From an uncultured delta proteobacterium (GTDB lineage Bacteria > Desulfobacterota > Binatia > UBA9968), in NCBI GenBank assembly GCA_963847445.1, contig CAWJZV010000015.1, positions 192,001 through 256,000 of the forward strand: 64,000 nucleotides of DNA. Direction: 5' to 3'. How positions within the stretch are numbered: position 1 is the first letter of the stretch; the number at the start of each line of letters is the position of its first letter. The notes beneath the pieces were generated by a model. That model saw nothing but the letters and a program-made list of their open reading frames with translations, made no database searches and had not been told where the DNA came from. A program made the position numbers and the translations under genes. Positions 9,759 to 19,414 of the stretch are shown in pieces.

Positions 9759-10319
9759 GTGGAAGTTGTGTCTTTCCGTCGCGCGGTCGCCACCGACTAT
9801 CCGGCCATCGTTCGGTTAAACGCCGCCAACTTTATCGCCAATCTGTCGGAAGATGATCTCCGCGACGGCTTTCTTTCCGCCCTGTTTACCGTGGCGCAGA
9901 CCGCCGCCATGGCTGAAGAGCTCGGCACCACCGTGGCGATCGTCGAGGGCCAAGTCGCGGGTTTTCTTTGCGCGTTTCGCAATGACTTCGATCATGGTTC
10001 ACCGGTGGTCGCTAAGATGATCGAATCCTACGATCGCTTGAGCTTCCAAGGTAAACTGCTGAATACTTACAAGTCCTATGCCTATGGGCCGGTGTGCATC
10101 GACCGCGCGTACCGGCGCAAGGGACTGCTGCGCGGGTTGTTCGAGGAGCATAAACGACAATTGGCGGGAACGTTCGAGGTCGGCGTGGCGCTGATCGCGC
10201 GGACGAACCAGCACTCGCTCGAGGCTCATGTTGCGGGGCTCGGCATGACCGACGTCGGCAGTTTTGAGGTTAATGGCAATGTGTTTGCCACAGTGGCGTT
10301 TCGCTTAACGCCAGAGTGA
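9759..10319 (+). CDS. GNAT family N-acetyltransferase
   Basis: GTG start after GGAGG; YGPVCIDRAYRRKGLLRGL acetyl-CoA motif A; NxxSLEAH...LG motif B. Confidence 0.85.
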   Translation: MEVVSFRRAVATDYPAIVRLNAANFIANLSEDDLRDGFLSALFTVAQTAAMAEELGTTVAIVEGQVAGFLCAFRNDFDHGSPVVAKMIESYDRLSFQGKLLNTYKSYAYGPVCIDRAYRRKGLLRGLFEEHKRQLAGTFEVGVALIARTNQHSLEAHVAGLGMTDVGSFEVNGNVFATVAFRLTPE

Positions 10320-10439
10320 GACGGGCGTCGTGCGATCGTAGCGCGGCTTGCGCAATCCGTTTGGCTCCCATAGAATCGGCTCGTTTTCGCGGATAGACCG
10401 CGGAACTCGCAAAATCATATTTGAAAGGAACTGTTACTC

Positions 10440-10943
10440 ATGGATGCTGATGCAAAGAAGACCGCGCTACGGATGATTCCCTATGGAATTTACGTTCTCA
10501 CGGCGGAAGGCAAGGATGGCAAAGTGGCCGCTTCAACCGTCAATTGGGTGACGCAGACGGCTTTCGCGCCGCCGCTGGTTGTCGTCGGCGTGAAAGCGGA
10601 TTCCGGAGCCCACGCGATTATCAAAGAATCCAAGGTGTTTGCCCTCAACATGCTGGGTAAAGATCAAACGAAACAGGCCTTTACTTTCTTCAAGCCGCTC
10701 GAACGTGAAGGCAATACCATCGGCGGCGCAGCTTTTCGCAAGGGTTCGCTCGGCGCGCCGATCTTGGAGATGGGTCAGGCTTTTGTCGAGTGCGAGTTGG
10801 TCGACACCATCGAGAAGGGCGATCACTCGATCTTTGTCGGCGAAGTGAAGGACGCCGGCGTTGCCGTGGCACCGACTGGAAGGCCGGACGACGCGATCTT
10901 GGCGATGCGCGATTTGGGCGACAAGGTCTTTTACGGCGGATAA
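10440..10943 (+). CDS. Flavin reductase family protein
   Basis: LRMIPYGIYVLT, NWVTQTAFAPP, FALNML and GDHSIFVGEV motifs. Confidence 0.92.
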   Translation: MDADAKKTALRMIPYGIYVLTAEGKDGKVAASTVNWVTQTAFAPPLVVVGVKADSGAHAIIKESKVFALNMLGKDQTKQAFTFFKPLEREGNTIGGAAFRKGSLGAPILEMGQAFVECELVDTIEKGDHSIFVGEVKDAGVAVAPTGRPDDAILAMRDLGDKVFYGG

Positions 10944-10958
10944 GCGCGCAGCTGTGCC

Positions 10959-10995
10959 GCGCGCCGTTCAAGGGTTCAAAAAGTTCAAGGTTCGA
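10959..10995. repeat. GTTCAA-type short tandem repeat, left arm of an inverted repeat around the VOC gene
   Basis: gcgcgccGTTCAAggGTTCAAaaaGTTCAAgGTTCga; the first 15 bp are the reverse complement of 11481-11495. Confidence 0.75.
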
Positions 10996-11015
10996 TACCA
11001 TGAAGGAGATGACCA

Positions 11016-11384
11016 ATGGCTAAGATACGGCATATCGCCTACCGGGCTGTGGATGTCGATGCCATGGCGAAGTTTTTCGTCGACGCGATGGGCATGAAGA
11101 TGATCCAGAAGCGCAAGAATAACGCCATCGATCTGAGCGATGGCTCGGTCAATATCACGGTACTGCCGCTCGCCGCTGGCATGGGCGGCCAGGCCGGCAT
11201 CGATCACATCGGCTTTTCCACCGACAACGACCAGGAGCAGTTCAAGCTGTTAGAAGCGGCTGGAGCGGAAAAAGCCGGAGCGGTAAATCTTGGCACCGCC
11301 TACTACGAAGACAAATATAAAGGCCCCGAGGGCATCATCGTCGATGTCGGCCACTGGCAGGGCGCGGCGCCGGTGGATAAATAA
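11016..11384 (+). CDS. VOC/glyoxalase family protein
   Basis: KIRHIAY, GIDHIGF and GPEGIIVDV give the His/His/acidic metal triad; strong RBS AAGGAG. Confidence 0.85.
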   Translation: MAKIRHIAYRAVDVDAMAKFFVDAMGMKMIQKRKNNAIDLSDGSVNITVLPLAAGMGGQAGIDHIGFSTDNDQEQFKLLEAAGAEKAGAVNLGTAYYEDKYKGPEGIIVDVGHWQGAAPVDK

Positions 11385-11385
11385 A

Positions 11386-11495
11386 TCGTTCAAACGTTCA
11401 AGAGCCTGCCTTGAGCAGCATGTCGAAGGGTTGACAAGCTCAAGGTCCGGCCTCTGACGTTGAACTTTTGAACCGTTGAACCTTGAACGGCGCGC
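11386..11495. repeat. GTTCAA/TTGAAC palindromic repeat element between convergent genes
   Basis: cGTTCAAacGTTCAAga ... gTTGAACttTTGAACcgTTGAACcTTGAACggcgcgc, with an internal CCTGCCTTGAGC...GTCGAAGGG unit. Confidence 0.75.
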
Positions 11496-11506
11496 CGCCC
11501 GGCGTG

Positions 11507-12976
11507 CTATCTGATCATCAACCGTTCGGCCTTGCCGGAATAGTTGATGAAGACGGTTTTTAGTTCGGTAAAAAAGTTCAGACCTTCGACCGCCATCTCC
11601 CGTTCGCCGACGCCGGTGGCTTTGGTGCCGCCGAAGGGGAGTTGGGCTTCGCCGCCGATGGTCGGTTCGTTGACGTGCACCATGCCGGTTTCCACTTCCT
11701 CGACGAAGTTCATGATCGTGTCGATGTTTTCCGTGAAGATCGATGTCGTTAAGCCGTATTCGACGCCGTTGGCGTAGCTGAGCGCTTCGTCCAAATTTTT
11801 CGCCGTGGAGATCGATAGCACGGGACCGAAGATTTCTTCCTTGAAGATGCGCATTGACGGCGTGACGTTGTCGAAGATCGTTGGCTCGACGAAAAAGCCT
11901 TTGCCGAGCTCTTGCGGCACTTTCCCGCCGAGCAGCAGCCGGGCGCCTTCTTGCTGGCCGATGGCGATGTAATCGAGATCGGTTTTCCATTGTTGGTTGT
12001 CGACGGCGGGTCCCATATCGACCGACTCGTCCAATCCCGGACCCACTTTGATCTTTTTCGCAGCATCCACTAACCGTTCGACCAACGCGTCTTTTACGGC
12101 TGGCGCCGCGATGACACGCGAAGTCGCCGTGCAGCGTTGGCCGGTGGAGCCGAAGGCGCCGCCGTGGATGGCGATGGCCGCCTTGTCGAGATCGGCGTCA
12201 GCCATGACGATGACCGCGTTCTTACCACCCATCTCGCAGGTGACCTTGGCGCCGCGCAGCGCCGCTTTGGCGTAGAGCGCGCCGCCGACTTCATTCGAAC
12301 CCGTGAAGGAGATCGCGCGCAGCACCGGCGAGTGCACCATCGCTTCGCCGACCACTGAGCCGGAGCCGACGAGCATGTTGAACACGCCGGCAGGCAGGCC
12401 GGCTTCGGCGTAAATCTCGGTAAGCAGAGCCGCCGTGGCAGGCGTCAGTTCAGCGGGTTTGAAAATCACACAATTGCCCGCGGCCAACGCCGGGGCGGAT
12501 TTCCAAACCGGGATCGCCCAGGGAAAATTCCACGGCGCGATCAGGCCGACGACGCCGAGCGGGCGGCGAATCGTGTAAGTAAACGTGTCGCGCGCTTCGG
12601 ACGGCAAGGTCATGCCGTGCATGCGAAATCCCTCGCCAGCGTAGTATTCCAACAACGAGATACCTTTCATCACTTCGCCCTTGGCTTCTTTGAGAATTTT
12701 ACCTTCTTCGCGGGTTAGTGTTCGGGCGATTTCGTCGGCGCGTTGGCGCGCGATGTCGGCGGCGCGCCAGAGCACGCGGCCGCGCTCCGGGCCAGGCGTT
12801 TTTCGCCAACTTCGAAACGCTGCCTGCGCCGCGTCGATCGCGCGGGTAACATCCTCGGCGGTCGCGGCGGGAAATTCGGCGATCACTTCATCGGGATCGG
12901 CCGGGTTGAGATTACGCACCAGACGATTCGACTTCGGATGAAACCATTTGCCGTCGACATATGAACCGGTGTTCAT
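11507..12976 (-). CDS. Aldehyde dehydrogenase (alpha-ketoglutarate semialdehyde dehydrogenase-like)
   Basis: [24 protein letters not shown] with the catalytic Cys, EEIFGPV and PFGG motifs. Confidence 0.93.
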   Translation of the reverse strand: MNTGSYVDGKWFHPKSNRLVRNLNPADPDEVIAEFPAATAEDVTRAIDAAQAAFRSWRKTPGPERGRVLWRAADIARQRADEIARTLTREEGKILKEAKGEVMKGISLLEYYAGEGFRMHGMTLPSEARDTFTYTIRRPLGVVGLIAPWNFPWAIPVWKSAPALAAGNCVIFKPAELTPATAALLTEIYAEAGLPAGVFNMLVGSGSVVGEAMVHSPVLRAISFTGSNEVGGALYAKAALRGAKVTCEMGGKNAVIVMADADLDKAAIAIHGGAFGSTGQRCTATSRVIAAPAVKDALVERLVDAAKKIKVGPGLDESVDMGPAVDNQQWKTDLDYIAIGQQEGARLLLGGKVPQELGKGFFVEPTIFDNVTPSMRIFKEEIFGPVLSISTAKNLDEALSYANGVEYGLTTSIFTENIDTIMNFVEEVETGMVHVNEPTIGGEAQLPFGGTKATGVGEREMAVEGLNFFTELKTVFINYSGKAERLMIR

Positions 12977-13059
12977 GATGACCTCGCTTTGAAAGAAAAA
13001 TCTGGCTTAAAAATATCTCCAGCAGGTTAGGCAGAGACCATAGCTCTTGCAGGAGCAAT

Positions 13060-13147
13060 ATCCGTCATTGCCGTGAAAACGGCAATCCAGGTTTTTCTCA
13101 CCGTTAGAAATCAAACCTGGATTCCCGCCTGTGCGGGAATGACGGAT
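13060..13147. repeat. REP-like inverted pair, GTCATT.CC...GG.AATCCAG type
   Basis: TCCGTCATTGCCGTGAAAACGGCAATCCAGG ... CCTGGATTCCCGCCTGTGCGGGAATGACGGA; each unit is itself a hairpin. Confidence 0.8.
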
Positions 13148-13202
13148 GGAGCCAGGTTACGGTCTATGCGGGTTTTTTTCTGTGGTCCTGAAATGTTTAG
13201 AA

Positions 13203-14246
13203 CTACGATCGTTTGGTCATATCGCGCATAATCGTGCGCCATTTGCCTTCGAGGGTGTCGATCTGTTCGGCGCTCATGCCCTGCTCGGGGTACCAGCGTT
13301 TGAAGCCGTACTCCTTGCTTGGGTTGCCGTACTCGTATTCTTCGAGTACCTTCTGTCCGCCTGGGCCAAGGATGAAGTCGGCCAAGAGCAGCGCGGCGTG
13401 GGGATGGGGCGCTTTGGCTAACACCGCGGTGGAGCCGGAGTTGGCTGGCACCACGTCCATGGGAATCCATTCGATGGGGGCACCGGCTTTGAGCGACACT
13501 TCGACATGGTTACGAAAGGTGGTGGGCGAAACGCCGACTTCGCCGGAGATCACCATGTCGAGCAGGGCGCGGCCGGAAACGTTATGCACCGATGGATTCA
13601 AGGTTTTCAGTTTGCGGACAAATTCTTCGCCTTTGAATTTGAGCAAGGCGCCGGTGACGGTGACGCCGGTGTCGCTGCCGGCGAAGGAGATTTTGTCTTT
13701 CAGCTCCGGCCGCAAGAGGCCTTCATAGTTGCGCGGCACCGATTTCGCCGGAATTAAATTCTTGTTGTAGGCGAGACCGATATGGGACTCACGGTCGATG
13801 GCCCAGAAGACCAAACCTTTGGGGGCTTTCTCTTTGACGTGATCGGGATACTTCGCCATCGTCGAAAAATAATACGGCACCAGCCAATTGTTATCTTTCA
13901 AAAGCTTCAACAGCGGGATCGTCGTCTCCATGGTGTCGGCGATGTAGCGCTGCGACTGCGACTCGGCCAAGATGCGCGCGCTCATTTCCTGGCGCGTGGC
14001 GCGGTAGGACTCGACAGAAACGCCGGGATATCTCGCCTCATACGCCGCGGCGAGCTTTTTATATGATTCGCCTGCCAGCGAGGTGTACCAGGTGACCTTG
14101 CCTTCCGCTTTGGCGCCGGCGTAGAGCATCTTTTCGCGGTCGGGCTTGTTGTAGGCGGCCAGTTGTTCGGTGGACATTTTGCCCTGCGCCCATGCCGAAC
14201 CTGCGATGGATAGGGCGATGAGAACTGCTCCGGCGATAGGTTTCAT
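13203..14246 (-). CDS. Extracellular solute-binding protein (AfuA/iron-thiamine SBP-like)
   Basis: Signal peptide AWA|Q, GAKAEGKVTWYTS, AYNKNLI, GAPIEW and APHPHAALLLADFILGPGGQ motifs. Confidence 0.88.
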   Translation of the reverse strand: MKPIAGAVLIALSIAGSAWAQGKMSTEQLAAYNKPDREKMLYAGAKAEGKVTWYTSLAGESYKKLAAAYEARYPGVSVESYRATRQEMSARILAESQSQRYIADTMETTIPLLKLLKDNNWLVPYYFSTMAKYPDHVKEKAPKGLVFWAIDRESHIGLAYNKNLIPAKSVPRNYEGLLRPELKDKISFAGSDTGVTVTGALLKFKGEEFVRKLKTLNPSVHNVSGRALLDMVISGEVGVSPTTFRNHVEVSLKAGAPIEWIPMDVVPANSGSTAVLAKAPHPHAALLLADFILGPGGQKVLEEYEYGNPSKEYGFKRWYPEQGMSAEQIDTLEGKWRTIMRDMTKRS

Positions 14247-14258
14247 TGGCGATCTCCT

Positions 14259-15191
14259 TTAATAACCAGTTTCCATGAGTTGATGGTAGAAAAGTTTGTA
14301 GAACGAGCGTAGCCGCTCGGGCCGCGTGTAGTGGGAGAATTCCTGGGGCACTTTGAATTCTTTCTCGATCTGCTCCAGAGTTTTACCGGCAGCGATCATT
14401 TTCGCGACTTCGTCACGCATGACGACGAAATAGCGTTTTTGCTCTTCCAAGTCTTTCACGCCTCGGCCGATGTGCGCCGGCCCGTGGCCGGGAACGAAAG
14501 TTTCCACCGGCAGGTGGCGCGCCATGATGTTGTCGAGGATCTGAATCCAGCCTTTGACGTTGGAGAAAAATACCCCGGCGGACTCGCCTTGCCCCGGATG
14601 GATTTCCGTGTCGAGGAGATCGCCCATTAACATGACGCGCTTTTGCGGGATGTAAACCGTCAGATCGCCGGTGCTATGGCCGCGCCCCTCGGGCGTGATC
14701 TGAAAGGTCAGACCGCCGAAGTAAAGCGTCATCGGCCCGTCGATGCCGATATCCGGTTGCCCCAGCTCTTTGCCCTGGTAGACCGCCGAACGCGCATCGC
14801 CAAGATTCTTGCGCTCTTCGAATTCTTTGCGCTCCTGCATCTGCAGGTCGTGTACTTGATTTTTGGTGGCGATCCAGACCGGTTTGTCTTCGCGAAAATG
14901 CCATGACCCAGTCGCGTGGTCGCCGGCGCTATGGGATGTGATCAGGTACTTAACTTTCTTATCGGTGGTCTTGCGGATGAACGCCATGGTTTGGTCGGCG
15001 CTGTCGATTGCGAAGTCGAGCACCACCACGCCGTCGTCAGTGAAAACGACGGTTGTATTTCCCGAGCCGCCGGAATGCTGCATCATGTAAACGCCGTCGG
15101 TGATTTTCACCGGCGTCATGCGCACCGGCGCGGCGGCGCCCATGGTGAGGCAGCCTATGGCGAGTAGCATTAATGGAAGCTTCAATTTCAT
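14259..15191 (-). CDS. Secreted MBL-fold metallo-hydrolase (cyclase-like)
   Basis: Signal peptide; GVVVLD, SHSAGDH (degenerate HxHxDH), GHSTGD, MGDL and VPGHG motifs. Confidence 0.8.
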   Translation of the reverse strand: MKLKLPLMLLAIGCLTMGAAAPVRMTPVKITDGVYMMQHSGGSGNTTVVFTDDGVVVLDFAIDSADQTMAFIRKTTDKKVKYLITSHSAGDHATGSWHFREDKPVWIATKNQVHDLQMQERKEFEERKNLGDARSAVYQGKELGQPDIGIDGPMTLYFGGLTFQITPEGRGHSTGDLTVYIPQKRVMLMGDLLDTEIHPGQGESAGVFFSNVKGWIQILDNIMARHLPVETFVPGHGPAHIGRGVKDLEEQKRYFVVMRDEVAKMIAAGKTLEQIEKEFKVPQEFSHYTRPERLRSFYKLFYHQLMETGY

Positions 15192-15225
15192 CGATTCTAT
15201 CCTTATTGACGTTGTCGCGGGCGAT

Positions 15226-16112
15226 CTATTGAATCATGCCCAACGACTTGGCCATGTCGATGGTGCGCCGGGCACGTTCGACGATGGGACGGTCGATGAG
15301 CTGGCCGCCGAAGGCAATCGAGCCGTCGCCGCGGGCGTTGGCTTCTTCGAAGGCTTGCAGGACCTTTTGGCAGTAGTCGATTTCCGCTGCCGTTGGGCTG
15401 AAGATGGTATTGATCGCTTCGACTTGCGACAGGATGAATGCAGGACATGGCGGAGAAGCCGAGCTGGCGCGATTGCTTAGCAAAGCCGAGCAAACCCGCG
15501 CTGTCGTTCAAATCGACCCATACGCCGTCGACGGCTTGCACATGGGCTGCGGCGGCGGCGACGACGATGGCCGAGCGCGCGTAGATCAAATCCCGTGCTT
15601 CGCCCTCACGTATCGCCGGGAGGCCGATCTCGCGGCCGAAGTCTTCCGTACCAAAAATAATGCCGACGATGCGCGATGATGACGCGGCGATGGCCGGGGC
15701 GTTGAACAGACCTCTGGGGCTTTCGATGGCGATCAGCAGCCGGACGCTGCCCTTGGCCATTTGGTTCTTCGGTTCCATGTCGTTGAGCAGGCCGTCGACT
15801 TTTCGCACGTCGTCGACGGTGTCGACCTTCGGGCAGACCAAGCCTTCCAGGCCGGGGCGTACAACTGCTGCCAGATCGGCGTCCATCCACTGATGGCCGA
15901 TGGAGTTGATGCGCACGTAGCGGGCCGGGGAGCCGGGCGGCTTTGGCGCGGCCCAAAGACTCGCCGATATTCTTGCGCGCTGAGTCCTTTTCATTGGGCG
16001 CGACGCCGTCTTCGATATCGAGCATGATCGCGTCGGCGTTCAAGCCGAGCGCTTTGTCGATCATCTTTTGCCGGTGTCCCGGCACGAACATCCATGAGCG
16101 GATTAAATCCAT
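15226..16112 (-). CDS. CoA-ester lyase, CitE/HpcH-HpaI family (citryl/citramalyl/malyl-CoA lyase-like); frameshifted
   Basis: RSWMFVPG, LDIEDGV, YVRIN, PKV, IESPRG, FGTEDF, CIHP and GQLIDRP spread over three frames. Confidence 0.88.
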
Positions 16113-16207
16113 GAGAAAGATTCTCCTTGGCGGAAATTTTTACCTGAAGGGGCGGCGAATGTCTAACGACTGAGCCTGCTGTATGACTGGTGTGCAATTT
16201 GAAGACG

Positions 16208-16282
16208 AGATTTCTCACTTCGTTCGAGATGACAGCCATCGGACCATCGTCAGGTGTCATTCTCGACCCCTGGGAGAAATTT
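16208..16282. repeat. REP-like inverted pair, AGATTTCTC...TCGA.ATGACA type
   Basis: AGATTTCTCACTTCGTTCGAGATGACA ... TGTCATTCTCGACCCCTGGGAGAAAT; same family at 31007, 36976 and 43681. Confidence 0.8.
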
Positions 16283-16333
16283 TTCCGGCGGTCGGTTGAA
16301 GCCGAAAAATATTTAGCGAATAACTGAACGGAT

Positions 16334-17551
16334 ATGAAACTCAGCACCTTCAAGCTTCTGGTGCCGATCGTCGCGGTAACCCTCCAGAGCAACTCGTCGT
16401 CGACGGTCATTCCGCCCTATCTGGATCACCTGCGTATCCCGGTGGCGTTGATCGGCACATTGATTTCGCTCGGGCCCGTCTTCGCGCTGATGGCGCGCTT
16501 GCCCATCGGCATGCTCTACAACCGCGGCCGCGCCCGCTGGCTGGTGTCCGCCGCGATCATGGCGATGGGACTGACCAATTACTGTTACAGCTTTGTCACG
16601 AGTGGTTGGTCCTTCGCGGTGGTGCATTGTCTCAACGGTTTCGCCTATAGCGCGGTGACGACTCTCTACATGGCGTTCTACGTCGACTCGCTGGCGCCGG
16701 ATGAAAACCGCAATCATGCCATGGGCTACTACGTCGGCTGTCTCGCCGTGGGTTATTCGACGGGGAATTTCCTCGGCGGCTTGATCGCCGACCATTGGGG
16801 CTATTCCTGGACCTTTCAGTTGGGCGCCTTGCTGTCCTTCGTGGCCGTGGGGCTGTTGTGGAGTTTGCACGGACCGAGCGGCGATGGCGCGGCTCAGGGC
16901 AAAGGTAAAGAAGCGACGAAACTCAGCGTGCGGGAATCGTTTAAGGCTTTGCTCGAACCCGAATTGGCGACCGTGGTCTTGGTCGCGCTGTTCTTGAACC
17001 TGCTGCATCAGATGGGCGGTGTGTTCATCTCGCTCTATGGCTTGGGCGTGGGCATGAGCTTGACCCAAATCGGCATCATTCGAGCTGCCTACGCCGGTTG
17101 CAATGCCGTGACCCGGCCGATCAGCGGCCATGTGGTGAATAAGGTGGGGCACAAAGGACTGTCCTATTTCGGCTTGCCGCTGCAATCTTTGATCTTGATG
17201 CTGGTGCCGCTGTTCACCGGCTTTGGCACCATTCTATTTGTCTATGTCGCGTCGGGATTCATGCGCGCCATCGTCGTCGTCGCCAACGCCGTCGGCTTGG
17301 TCCAAGACGTGCCGGAGTCAAAGGTCCGCCGCGGCCTGGCCTCGGGGGTGTACAACGCCGCCGGCGACATGGGTAACATCCTCGGTCCGTCCATCGGCGG
17401 CTTCATCGCGCATGCCACCGGAATCGCCAGCGTGTTCGTCGTCGGCTCATTGGGGTCGACGGCGCTGTTCTTTATCGGAGTTTTATTGGTGCGGCGGATA
17501 GCACGGATGAGTAAGGCGGGGGATTCCAAGAAATCTAGCGTCTTGATTTAA
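16334..17551 (+). CDS. MFS transporter
   Basis: 405 aa, about 12 TM helices in two repeats, RLPIGMLYNRGRAR and RPISGHVVNKVGHK loop motifs. Confidence 0.9.
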   Translation: MKLSTFKLLVPIVAVTLQSNSSSTVIPPYLDHLRIPVALIGTLISLGPVFALMARLPIGMLYNRGRARWLVSAAIMAMGLTNYCYSFVTSGWSFAVVHCLNGFAYSAVTTLYMAFYVDSLAPDENRNHAMGYYVGCLAVGYSTGNFLGGLIADHWGYSWTFQLGALLSFVAVGLLWSLHGPSGDGAAQGKGKEATKLSVRESFKALLEPELATVVLVALFLNLLHQMGGVFISLYGLGVGMSLTQIGIIRAAYAGCNAVTRPISGHVVNKVGHKGLSYFGLPLQSLILMLVPLFTGFGTILFVYVASGFMRAIVVVANAVGLVQDVPESKVRRGLASGVYNAAGDMGNILGPSIGGFIAHATGIASVFVVGSLGSTALFFIGVLLVRRIARMSKAGDSKKSSVLI

Positions 17552-17612
17552 AGGAGCGCGGGTTTTCTAACCCGCTCAGAAGCATAAGCGGACAGGAATG
17601 TCCGCGCTCCTT
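17551..17612. repeat. GGAG-type REP inverted pair between convergent genes; possible bidirectional terminator
   Basis: AAGGAGCGCGGGTTTTCTAACCCGC ... GCGGACAGGAATGTCCGCGCTCCTT. Confidence 0.75.
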
Positions 17613-17614
17613 TG

Positions 17615-18775
17615 TCAATACGATTTCGGCATGCCCAGAACATGTTGACCGAGATAGGCCAACACCAGATTGTTACTCACCGGCGCCACGGTCAGCAAAC
17701 GGGTCTCGCGAAACTTTCTTTCGATGTCGTATTCCGTAGCGAAACCGTAGCCGCCGTGGGTGGTCAGGCAAGCGTTGGCGGCTTCCCAGGCGGCTTCGCT
17801 GGCGAGGTACTTGGCAAGATTGGCTTCGGCGCCGCATTTCTCTTTGCGGTCAAATTTGGTTGCCGCCTGATAGCGGACTAAATCGGCGGCTTCAATGTTC
17901 GCATAGGCCTTGGCAATCGGAAACTGAATACCTTGATTGGCGCCGATGGGCTTGCCAAAGACATTGCGTTCGCTGGCATATTTCGCCGCCCGCTCGACAA
18001 ACCAGCGGCCGTCGCCGACCGCTTCGGCGGCGACGAGGATTCTTTCGGCATTCCAGCCATCGATGATGTAGCGAAAGCCCATGCCTTCGTCGCCGATGAG
18101 ATTTTCAACCGGCACTTCAACATTGTCGAAAAATAGCGCGTTGGTGTGATGATTGATCATCAAGTCAAGGGGCTTAACTTCAAGCTTCCCTTGATTGGCT
18201 TTCAAGTCGACGATGAAGACCGAGAGACCACGGGTTTTGTCTTTCAATTCGTCATACGGCGTGGTGCGAGCGAGCAGGAGCATGAGGTCGGACTGTAAGA
18301 CCCGCGAGATGAATATTTTTTGCCCGTTGATGAGATAGCGGTCGCCTTTCTTAACCGCGCTGGTTTGAATCTTTGTCGACTCCGAGCCGGCGTTAGGTTC
18401 GGTGACGCCGAAGGCTTGCAGGCGCAGCTCGCCGGTGGCGATCTTGGGCAGATAGCGTTTTTTCTGCTCGGCGTTGCCGTGGCGCAGGAGCGTGCCCATG
18501 GTGTACATCTGGGCGTGGCAGGCGGTGGCGACGCCACCGGAGTGGTTGATTTCTTCCAAGATGATGCTTGCTTCGGTGATGCCGAGGCCGGTGCCGCCAA
18601 ATTCTTCCGGAATCAGCGCAGCCAGCCAGCCGAGATCGCCGAGTTTCTTCACGAAGGCATCCGGGTAGGCTTTCTCGCTGTCGACCTTGCGCCAGTAGGC
18701 ATCGGGGAATTCTTTGCAGACTTTTTTGATCTCTTCACGGATCTGTTGCTGTTCGATTGTCAGGTTGAAATCCAT
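17615..18775 (-). CDS. Acyl-CoA dehydrogenase
   Basis: IPEEFGGTG, FGVTEPNAGS, INGQKIFIS, RNVFGKPIG and HGGYGFATEYDIERKFRE motifs. Confidence 0.95.
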   Translation of the reverse strand: MDFNLTIEQQQIREEIKKVCKEFPDAYWRKVDSEKAYPDAFVKKLGDLGWLAALIPEEFGGTGLGITEASIILEEINHSGGVATACHAQMYTMGTLLRHGNAEQKKRYLPKIATGELRLQAFGVTEPNAGSESTKIQTSAVKKGDRYLINGQKIFISRVLQSDLMLLLARTTPYDELKDKTRGLSVFIVDLKANQGKLEVKPLDLMINHHTNALFFDNVEVPVENLIGDEGMGFRYIIDGWNAERILVAAEAVGDGRWFVERAAKYASERNVFGKPIGANQGIQFPIAKAYANIEAADLVRYQAATKFDRKEKCGAEANLAKYLASEAAWEAANACLTTHGGYGFATEYDIERKFRETRLLTVAPVSNNLVLAYLGQHVLGMPKSY

Positions 18776-18839
18776 CGATGCCTCCTATAGTTCGTAGACT
18801 ATAACCTAATGTTTTTAGCGCCTAAAGAGGAGGAGTGTT

Positions 18840-19349
18840 ATGGCCGTTAAGCCAGGCTGGGAAGGCCGCTATTTTGAAGACTTCGAGGTCGGCGATATTT
18901 ATCGCTGCCGTCTCGGTCGCACGGTCACGGAAGCCGATAATATCTGGTTCACCTTGCTGACCAACAACACCAATCAGATTCACTTCAACAACGAGTACGG
19001 TAAACGCACCGAGTTCGGCAAATGTCTGATCAACAGCGCGTTGACCCTCGCCATCGTTGCCGGCATGGGTGTGGCGGATGTGAGTGAAAATGGCTTTGCC
19101 CTAGGCTGGGACGGCATTACGCTGCCCAATCCCTTGTTCGCCGGCGATACGCTTTATTCCGAATCCGAAGTGCTGGAGATCCGCGAGTCCAAGTCGAAAC
19201 CGCAATGGGGGATTCTCAAAGTGCGCACCCGCGGCGTTCAACAAGAGGGCAAAGTCGTGATCGACTACGCCCGCAGCGTGATGGTGTGGAAGAAAGCGTT
19301 CGCGCCGAAGCATGATTTGTTTCCGCAGATCAAAGAAGAGAAGAAATAA
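18840..19349 (+). CDS. MaoC-family dehydratase (itaconyl-CoA hydratase RipB-like)
   Basis: GRYFEDFEVG, GRTVTEADNIWFTLLT...IHF, GDTLYSESEV and RESKSKP motifs. Confidence 0.9.
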   Translation: MAVKPGWEGRYFEDFEVGDIYRCRLGRTVTEADNIWFTLLTNNTNQIHFNNEYGKRTEFGKCLINSALTLAIVAGMGVADVSENGFALGWDGITLPNPLFAGDTLYSESEVLEIRESKSKPQWGILKVRTRGVQQEGKVVIDYARSVMVWKKAFAPKHDLFPQIKEEKK

Positions 19350-19351
19350 TT

Positions 19352-19397
19352 GCATTCAAGCCGTTCAAAACGTTCAAAACGTATAAGTTGTTCAAGA
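19352..19397 (+). repeat. About five degenerate 9-mer GTTCAA tandem units
   Basis: cattcaagc cgttcaaaa cgttcaaaa cgtataagt tgttcaaga, immediately after the MaoC stop codon. Confidence 0.65.
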
Positions 19398-19414
19398 CAA
19401 GAGAAGAGGTGAGT

